NCBI GenBank assembly: GCA_049967475.1 | Contig: JBMFSQ010000010.1 | Location: forward strand, 55,338-119,337 | Origin: Chthonomonadales bacterium | Lineage (GTDB): Bacteria; Armatimonadota; Chthonomonadetes; Chthonomonadales; CAJBBX01 | Direction of reading: 5' to 3' | Length of the DNA stretch: 64,000 nt | Shown: piece after piece, positions 57,339 through 64,000 of the stretch | Numbering within the stretch: position 1 is the first letter of the stretch | Layout: each line of letters begins with the position of its first letter | Notes under the pieces: generated by a model | Told to the model about the DNA's origin: nothing | What the model saw: only the letters and a program-made list of their open reading frames with translations | Databases searched by the model: none | Made by a program: the position numbers and the translations under genes

Positions 57339-59060
57339 CTAACGGGCGGGCGCTGCATCCGCGGCAAGGGTGCAGCGCAGGATATGGCCGTCGCAGCCGG
57401 ATGGCTCCTGAACCCGCAACAGCCATGCAAGGGTAGGAGCGATATCCGCCGTGGACACCCGCTCCGTGTAAACCCCAGGCTTGATACCGAAGCCGGCAAT
57501 GAGGATCGGTACGTGCGTGTCGTATGCGTAAGGCTCTCCGTGTGTTGTGCCGGTCTTGCGGCTGCTGGCCATATACCCGGGCAAACTCACGATCACCACA
57601 TCTCCGGATCGCGCAGGATGAAAACCGAGCGTCACATGGCGGGCAATATCCGTGCGCGGAAGCCGGCCTGCCAGCACATCCGTGCGCGTATATGCTGCAT
57701 AGATGCCTGGGAAATGCGCCAGTGCAGCAGCCGCGATGCGTTCGGCACGCTCATGGGCCACGCCCTTTGCGTCCAGAAGATCCCAGTTGAGGTAGAGGCA
57801 GGGTTCACCGTAGCCGGACACCCACTTGCCTGGGCCCAGTTCCTTTACGAGGGCCGATTGAACGGCTTCTGCAGCTTGGCCGGGATCCCACCTCCCGCCT
57901 GGAAGGCCGGCGTCCTCGGCGGCCGCAGCGATGGGCGCCACTCCATGGTCCGCAGTCACAACAACATCCACGGATGCCAATCCTCCCGGTACCGAAACCG
58001 CGAGCCCATTAAGGAAGTCTGCCAGATAACGATCCGTGCGGACGCTCGTGTCCAGGACTTCGGCGCTGTCGGGTCCGAAGGCGTGGCCGATGTAATCGTT
58101 ACTCGAGAGATTGATTACCAGGAGATCCGGAACTTCGTGCTGGCCGAGGCGCTCCTCCTGAACCAACCGGAGTGCGCTTTGGAGCGTGTATTCATTGGCG
58201 AAGGGCGTCGTGGCGAAGGCTCGGTTTGCAGCGGGGCCCGGGGCACTCGATCCGCCGTTTATTCGATGCGGGAAGTGCGTCCCAAGGCTGGAGGGATTAC
58301 CGGCGTACTCGTTGTTCGGCGTCCACAACCTGCGCAGCGCCCGCTCATCCACACTCATGTTCCAGCTCTTGCCGAAGGCGTTTTGCGGTATGTGGCGCTC
58401 GTTCCAGGCAACCAGCCAGCTCGGCAATGTGCCGTTCCGCTGCCAGTAACGGCTGGTGACCCATCCGCCGGTTTTGTCATCGAACCAGTACACGCCGTCT
58501 GCAAGATGCCCCGCCATCAACACGGCAGCGCGATCCTTCAACGCGATGCCGAAGACCTTGGCGCGATTGCCGGTGGCCATCTTGAGCTCGTCCCCCACGG
58601 TGGTTACGAGCAACCTAGCCGGCGAGACGCCCTCACCGCCATTAGTCCCCACAAGGGGATATCGGTCATCGCGGACGCAGTAGACCTCGTGCTTGGCCTC
58701 GCGGTCGTACCAATCATTGGACACGATGCCGCTTTTGTAGGGATACGCACCCGTAAGAAGCACGGAATGACCGGGCCCTGTAGCAAGAGGAAGATGATCG
58801 TGGTGGGCATCCACAAACCAAGCCCCCCGTTCCATCAGGTATCGGAAGCCTCCCACCCGGCTTCCGGAACGCGCAGGCAAATACAGATCTTCAAAGCGCA
58901 TAAGATAATCCGCGCGAAATTGGTCAATGGAGATGACTACTGCCAATCGTGGCCGATGGAGCCTGCCCGCGCTCCAGGCGTTGCCGCACACCGCCGCCAA
59001 CAGAAAGCCCGCAACCACCCCGATCCATCGTAACCGCATGCTCGCCTTCGTCCTTTCCAT
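57339..59060 (-). CDS. secreted alkaline phosphatase family protein (PafA-like)
   Basis: ISIDQFRADYL, Thr nucleophile ATGPGH, KDRAA, D.IGH.FGP, TADHG, THG..Y.YDTHVP. Confidence 0.9.
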   Translation of the reverse strand: MERTKASMRLRWIGVVAGFLLAAVCGNAWSAGRLHRPRLAVVISIDQFRADYLMRFEDLYLPARSGSRVGGFRYLMERGAWFVDAHHDHLPLATGPGHSVLLTGAYPYKSGIVSNDWYDREAKHEVYCVRDDRYPLVGTNGGEGVSPARLLVTTVGDELKMATGNRAKVFGIALKDRAAVLMAGHLADGVYWFDDKTGGWVTSRYWQRNGTLPSWLVAWNERHIPQNAFGKSWNMSVDERALRRLWTPNNEYAGNPSSLGTHFPHRINGGSSAPGPAANRAFATTPFANEYTLQSALRLVQEERLGQHEVPDLLVINLSSNDYIGHAFGPDSAEVLDTSVRTDRYLADFLNGLAVSVPGGLASVDVVVTADHGVAPIAAAAEDAGLPGGRWDPGQAAEAVQSALVKELGPGKWVSGYGEPCLYLNWDLLDAKGVAHERAERIAAAALAHFPGIYAAYTRTDVLAGRLPRTDIARHVTLGFHPARSGDVVIVSLPGYMASSRKTGTTHGEPYAYDTHVPILIAGFGIKPGVYTERVSTADIAPTLAWLLRVQEPSGCDGHILRCTLAADAAPAR

Positions 59061-59105
59061 GTGTTCACCGTACTCCAATGTACCTCGCAGGCCGTTAAGT
59101 CCTCG

Positions 59106-59969
59106 TTAAATCTTGCTGTTCGCGGGCGGATGGAGGCCGCCGGCGAGCGCATGCGAATATACCAAGGCTGATAGTTCGGCGATCACTCCGGCAGAATGAG
59201 GACGTTCGCGAAAGCCTTCCGTAAGGATCACGAGGCCATAAGGCGGGCGCCCTGGCGGAAAGACTAGGGAGGCATCGTGATGCACCCCAGGGAACCATCC
59301 AGTCTTGTTCGCAACCCCAACCCCATCCGGGAGCCCGGCGGGAATGCCGTCCCGATGCACCTGTCCCATCATCACGTGAACCATGTCGAGATCTGCTTCC
59401 GCGCTTATCAAGCGGCCGAGCGCCAGGGCCAGGAGCAGGGCAAGGAGACCTCGCGCCGTGGCTGTATTGTTGATGCCTGCGTCATATGCTTTCAGATCCA
59501 TGAAACCGCGCCGCAGCACGACGTCCGGAGCGCCCAGCCGGCGAAACAGCCGGTTCACCGGATCGGCACCGAACAGATCCAGAAGGATGTTGGCTGCAAG
59601 ATTGCTGCTCAGGCAGATGGTTCTATGCACAAGATCGCGAACCGTGGCAGCCTGCCCCACATAACCATAGAGAAGCTTATCCGCATCGTCGTCCGGCCGG
59701 AGTTCGTAAACAGACCCGTCTGCAGCGGAATGGAAGTGGTTGTATATGGGTACGCGCGCATCGAGGGAGAGGTCGCCGCGGGCCGCTCGGCGGTAAGCCT
59801 CCATCATAAGGCCGAGCTTCACCGTGCTGGCCGCATGGAATGAACGGCGGGCATTCAGATAGAAGAAACGGCCGCTCGAAACATCGCGCCAAGCTACCGC
59901 CACCGTGCAGCCGGCGTGCTTCCCCGCCGCGTGCCGTACGGCCGCACGCAGAGAGCTGCGCTCGCCCAT
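59106..59969 (-). CDS. serine hydrolase, class A beta-lactamase-like fold
   Basis: SxxK (AASTVK), SxN (SSN), KTG; ATG overlaps argS stop (TGATG). Confidence 0.85.
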   Translation of the reverse strand: MGERSSLRAAVRHAAGKHAGCTVAVAWRDVSSGRFFYLNARRSFHAASTVKLGLMMEAYRRAARGDLSLDARVPIYNHFHSAADGSVYELRPDDDADKLLYGYVGQAATVRDLVHRTICLSSNLAANILLDLFGADPVNRLFRRLGAPDVVLRRGFMDLKAYDAGINNTATARGLLALLLALALGRLISAEADLDMVHVMMGQVHRDGIPAGLPDGVGVANKTGWFPGVHHDASLVFPPGRPPYGLVILTEGFRERPHSAGVIAELSALVYSHALAGGLHPPANSKI

Positions 59970-61654
59970 CACATTCGGTCCGGAGCAGACACGCCCAGAA
60001 GGCCCAGGAGGTTGCGCACTACGATGCGCGTGCTGTTGAACACTGCCAGCCTGGCGTCGCGTAGTTCCGGCGGCACCCCCTCCTTGAGGGCAGGGCACTC
60101 TTCGTAAAACTGATGGAGCTCCTGGCCGATCTCACGCACGTAGGTTGTAAGACGGTGCGGCGCAACCATGTCTGCGGCTTTGCGGACTTCCTCGGGATAG
60201 TCGGCTAGCTTGCGGAGCAGGTCCAATTCTCTGGGGTGTGTCAGGAGGGACCGATCCACACTCGACGCAGGGGAAAGATTGATGCCCAACTCCGCCGCAC
60301 GGCGGAGGACGCTGCAACAACGGGCGTGGGCATACTGAGCGTAAAACACAGGGTTGTCCATGCTTTGCTTCTTGGCGATCTCCAGGTCGAATGTCGCCGT
60401 AGTCTCATAACTGTTCATAAGGAAATAGAAGCGGGCGGCATCGCGGCCGATCTCCGCTACGAGATCCGCCAGGGGGATGATATCGCCTGCCCGTTTGGAG
60501 CCGCGGACCGGCTCCCCGTCGCGCACAAGAAGCACCATTTGGGTGAGAATGATCTGGCAGCGGTCGGGATCGTAACCCAGGGCCTTGATGCCCGCCTTCA
60601 ACCGTTGAACATACCCGTGATGGTCTGCACCCCAAATATCAATGAGCCGGGTGAAGCCTCGGTCGAATTTGTTCTTATGGTATGCGGCGTCGGCCGCGAT
60701 ATACGTCTCCTTCTCGTTGGAGCGCACGAGCACGCGGTCCTGATCATCTCCAGCCAATTCCGTAGATTTGAGCCAGAGAGCGCCATCCTTTTCATAGGCG
60801 AAGCCGTTGCGTTTGATTTGCTCTATGGCAGCGGCTACGGCTCCGGAGGTATAGAGGGTGCTTTCATAGAACCAGGTGTCGTAAACCACACCGAACTGGG
60901 CAAGATCGCGCTTTTGGCTCGCGATCATGCGGGACACAGCCAATTCGCGGAAGCGTGCTGCCAGCTCATCATCCGGCAAGTTTGCGTAGGCATCGCCCAC
61001 TTCGTCCATGATTTCCCTGGCGATATCCACCAGGTACTCGCCCTGGTACCCGTCTGGAGGAACTTCGGCCTGCCTGCCTAACAATTGCAAGTATCGGGCA
61101 GCAAGAGATGCGCCCATCAAGTCTATCTGGGTGGAGTTGAGTGCGTCGTTCACGTAGAACTCGCGGCTCACGAAGGCGCCTGACGCAGCAAGCAGGTTCC
61201 CCAGCGCATCTCCCAGGGCGGCAGCTCGGCCATTGACCACACTGATGGGCCCCGTGGGGTTCGCGCTGACGAATTCGATGAGGATGCGCTCGCCGGCCAA
61301 GTGATCGGAATGACCGTACTGAACGTCGGCTTCTTCGATGCGCACGAGGGTGTCCTGGAGCCAGTGGGGCTTCAGGTAGAAGTTGAGAAAGCCTGGGCCT
61401 GCCACCTCTACACGCTCGATGAGATCCTCGCCTGTGCGAAGGTGTGCGGCGATGCGCGTTGCCACCTCGCGCGGGGGAAGTTTCACCTTCGGCGCTAGAG
61501 CCAATGCCACCGTACAGGCGTAATCCCCGAAATCCTTGTTGCGCGGAAGCTCAAGGTTCACTTCCACCTCGCCTTCGGGGACCTGCAGTTCCCCTGATGC
61601 CCGCGCCGCCGCCAACGCCTGCCTGATCCGGCTGGCCAGTTCCTCTGTTACCAA
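59969..61654 (-). CDS. argS: arginine--tRNA ligase
   Basis: FGDY, AGPGFLN, EFVSANPTGP, WGADHHGY, YAQYAHAR, LGVSAP.RM. Confidence 0.96.
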   Translation of the reverse strand: MVTEELASRIRQALAAARASGELQVPEGEVEVNLELPRNKDFGDYACTVALALAPKVKLPPREVATRIAAHLRTGEDLIERVEVAGPGFLNFYLKPHWLQDTLVRIEEADVQYGHSDHLAGERILIEFVSANPTGPISVVNGRAAALGDALGNLLAASGAFVSREFYVNDALNSTQIDLMGASLAARYLQLLGRQAEVPPDGYQGEYLVDIAREIMDEVGDAYANLPDDELAARFRELAVSRMIASQKRDLAQFGVVYDTWFYESTLYTSGAVAAAIEQIKRNGFAYEKDGALWLKSTELAGDDQDRVLVRSNEKETYIAADAAYHKNKFDRGFTRLIDIWGADHHGYVQRLKAGIKALGYDPDRCQIILTQMVLLVRDGEPVRGSKRAGDIIPLADLVAEIGRDAARFYFLMNSYETTATFDLEIAKKQSMDNPVFYAQYAHARCCSVLRRAAELGINLSPASSVDRSLLTHPRELDLLRKLADYPEEVRKAADMVAPHRLTTYVREIGQELHQFYEECPALKEGVPPELRDARLAVFNSTRIVVRNLLGLLGVSAPDRM

Positions 61655-61722
61655 TACCTCTTCCCCCCAACTCTTTGCTGAAGCGTGCCGCGATGGATGC
61701 GCCCCTCGACTGCGCAGACACC

Positions 61723-62901
61723 CTACGCCACGTGGCTAAAAACCAGATCTACAAGATACAAACCGGCACCGCCGCCTATCATGATGCCCACGAATGTTTG
61801 CGCCAATCCCATGCACCACAGCCGCCTGCCAAGGCTCGGAGTGCGCGGCGGCGCTTCCAGGTACTTGCGTTCCAGATCCAGCCCCGCCCGGATGGCAGCT
61901 TGAATATGCTTCGGAGCGGGCGGCCGCGTTGTAAAATGCTCCTGAAGCCAAGCCCCGAGGCCGCGCCAACCTACGAAGGCGGCCACCGCACCCAAAATCG
62001 CGCCGTCTCCGGCGTCCAGCCAGCCCAGGCGCAAAAGAGACACTCCCTGCATCACAACCGAGAAGATGAGCCCTGCCGCCATCACGTTGGTGCCACAGCG
62101 GGGATGCACGCGTTCCATCCGCGACACGATTTCCTCCACCAAGGGCTCTCCCCGCTCCATTGCGTGAACAACCTGGTGCTCGCCTGCGTGGAAGCGCGAG
62201 AGGGGAACGGTCCTCAGCAGCAAAAGGAACGCCATCACCTCCAACCCGCGCAAAGCCAGCCACACGGCGGTAACCCCGGACACGCTGGCAGGTTGAGGCG
62301 CCTCCCACAAGGCGAGAGCCGGCAGCGCGAAACATCTCTGCAGAACCCACGCCGCGATCCCGCTCACAGCATGCGCCGCCGCCAGGAGGAGCCCAATCAC
62401 AACCCCTCCCGCCACAAGCGACAGATTACCCGTTCCAGCCTGGATGCCCGATGCCGTAAGGTAAACACCCCACGGCGTCGCCATTCCTCCCACGGGACGC
62501 GGGCGCGGGGTCCATGGTTGCGGATCCAGCAGGCCGGCAACGCTCACCGCGCCCAGATAGTGCCCCCGATCATCCACTACGTATAAGACTGGCGACCCTT
62601 CCGACACGAGCGCCGCCCGTGCTTGCTCCGCGTCGGCACGAGCAGGCAGGATGGCGGCCGGACGCATCTGCGTGGACACCGGCTCGACGAGGTTCTCTTT
62701 ATTCGCACGCAGGAGCAGCGGCGCCAAGTCGGTCGCAAGAATTACCCCAACCAGCACTCCCCGCCGGTCCACCACCGGTAATCGGTCTGTTCCTGTGAAG
62801 CGCAGCATATGGGCGGCGTAGCCGATAGATGCGTCGGCAGTAATTGCCGGAGGCTGCGCCAAATATGCCGTCAGCGATGTTTTGCTCTCGTCTAGCTCCA
62901 C
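61723..62901 (-). CDS. CBS-pair / DUF1385 (HxxEH membrane metalloenzyme-like) fusion
   Basis: N-terminal CBS (LPVVD..G.LVG, VVDD.G.YLG); C-terminal FHAGEHQ, HPRCGTN, LQ..FTTR.P; GTG after GGGGAGG. Confidence 0.8.
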   Translation of the reverse strand: MELDESKTSLTAYLAQPPAITADASIGYAAHMLRFTGTDRLPVVDRRGVLVGVILATDLAPLLLRANKENLVEPVSTQMRPAAILPARADAEQARAALVSEGSPVLYVVDDRGHYLGAVSVAGLLDPQPWTPRPRPVGGMATPWGVYLTASGIQAGTGNLSLVAGGVVIGLLLAAAHAVSGIAAWVLQRCFALPALALWEAPQPASVSGVTAVWLALRGLEVMAFLLLLRTVPLSRFHAGEHQVVHAMERGEPLVEEIVSRMERVHPRCGTNVMAAGLIFSVVMQGVSLLRLGWLDAGDGAILGAVAAFVGWRGLGAWLQEHFTTRPPAPKHIQAAIRAGLDLERKYLEAPPRTPSLGRRLWCMGLAQTFVGIMIGGGAGLYLVDLVFSHVA

Positions 62902-63054
62902 GCGAGCGCCTCCCCGTCGCCGAAACGTGTGCTGTAGGCGTTGGAGCCCCGGCACTCATCTATGCGCTTGCTTCCCATGGCGCTTCTGTGCTATATTCCT
63001 GTGGCCTGTCCGAGCAATGGCAGCGGAGAGGCCGTCTAAGGAGGTGAGGTTCCT

Positions 63055-63267
63055 ATGAAAGTCTGTTCTGTGTGCGGAAAGGCTCCCCAATTCGGGCAGA
63101 ACATCCGGCACCGCCACTCTGGAGCATGGGCCCTCCGCGCCCCGAGGACGAAACGCCGCTGGATGCCCAACCTGCAGACGGCCCGCGTGGCCAACGGCGG
63201 AGCCACAAAGAAAGTCCTCGTGTGTGTGAAGTGCCTCAAAGCCGGCAAAGTAGCCCGAGCGGTATGA
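63055..63267 (+). CDS. rpmB: 50S ribosomal protein bL28 (zinc-ribbon type)
   Basis: CSVCGK.P.FG..I, TKRRW.PNLQ, VCVKCLK; SD AAGGAGGTG. Confidence 0.95.
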   Translation: MKVCSVCGKAPQFGQNIRHRHSGAWALRAPRTKRRWMPNLQTARVANGGATKKVLVCVKCLKAGKVARAV

Positions 63268-63412
63268 GCGTGCTGCCAGGTCAGATCCGGATGGTGGCGC
63301 CTGCACCCGACCGGTAGGTGTCCCCATTATACTCGACGCGCGCTAACCAGCGCAATCGCTTCCATTCGCGGTGAAGCTGCGCTGCAGCCCCTTGTGCAGG
63401 GAGAGGAGCATC

Positions 63413-63913
63413 GTGGATCCTTCCGTTCCCGACGGCCTGGCACACATGACCAGCCCCGTGCCCAGCCTCGGTCTCCGCGGCCCCACACCTTTCGAGGTGC
63501 CCGATCCCGAAAGCCTTGTCTTCGTCTGCTTCTTCCGTGATCGGCAGGATCGCGCCCGCTTCACAGCCACCCTGCGGCAAGCCATCGGGAGGGCTGCGCT
63601 CAAGCCCGCCGAGGCTCCCTCCCGCGAAGAATGCGCGGCGCGCTTCCGAGACGCGTGCGCACACGCACAGTCCCTCGAAGCGCTTCTCGCAGTGATCCAG
63701 TGGTGGACCACACTCAGCCCTCGAGGCATCCATCTGTACAACCTGGCCCTGGATTACCCGCCCTTTCGCGCCAGCAGCCTCGTCAGCTTCCAAGAGCTCC
63801 GGAATGAGGAGGTGCGGGCCAATGCCGAAAGAGCTTTGGAAATGATGGACGAGGAGCGCGGCCGCGTCGCCAACTTCTTTCACTGGGGCGGGCGGGCTGA
63901 TATCGAACCCTGA
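63413..63913 (+). CDS. hypothetical protein
   Basis: GTG 63413 after GAGAGGAG; plausible composition; no recognisable motif. Confidence 0.55.
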   Translation: MDPSVPDGLAHMTSPVPSLGLRGPTPFEVPDPESLVFVCFFRDRQDRARFTATLRQAIGRAALKPAEAPSREECAARFRDACAHAQSLEALLAVIQWWTTLSPRGIHLYNLALDYPPFRASSLVSFQELRNEEVRANAERALEMMDEERGRVANFFHWGGRADIEP

Positions 63914-64000
63914 TCCGCGTGCAGGGATGTTCGACCCGCACCGTGCCACCAGCGTGCGGGCATCCCAACTCCCACGAGCCTCATGGGTCGCCAACCAACG

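Noticed and set aside
57087..59033. 648-aa plus-strand ORF
   Set aside because: Antisense shadow of the alkaline phosphatase gene; no motifs; typical of high-GC DNA
1..64000. CRISPR arrays, IS elements, prophage, rRNA/tRNA
   Set aside because: No regularly spaced direct repeats, transposase/integrase ORFs or structural RNA signatures seen by eye

Overview
GC-rich, gene-dense chromosomal segment, most likely from an Armatimonadota bacterium (inferred from the '[32 protein letters not shown]' prepilin/H-X9-DG protein and overall gene style; not verifiable here). It contains about 60 CDS. In order: a dTDP-rhamnose/heptose/UbiA cell-envelope operon (rfbA partial, rfbC, rfbB, hldC, DHS-fold unknown, hldA, UbiA, rfbD) followed by a GH10-like protein, an Ig-domain protein and DinG; an XRE-HTH/TPR regulator behind a highly structured ~290-nt leader; a triple-repeat FGSW protein divergent from a ferritin-like diiron protein; tlyA, a NIL protein, dapF-hfq-miaA, namZ and a small Zn-ribbon protein; a GntR/LacI regulator + pilin-like protein + unannotated 56-aa membrane peptide cassette; a minus-strand run (O-antigen-ligase/TPR, two GT2, HAD, AI-2E, YtxH, DUF948, mnmA, phosphodiesterase, kbl, tdh, M28 peptidase, PHP hydrolase, clan-A glycosidase, glnD); ArsR; a complete SUF operon; ispG, alkaline phosphatase, serine hydrolase, argS, a CBS-DUF1385 fusion and rpmB. 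I found no tRNA/rRNA, CRISPR array, transposase or phage gene. The best candidates for undescribed biology are the 11-17 kb block, the 23.6-26 kb pilin-like cassette and the DHS-fold gene inside the heptose operon. All family assignments come from motif recognition, not database searches.
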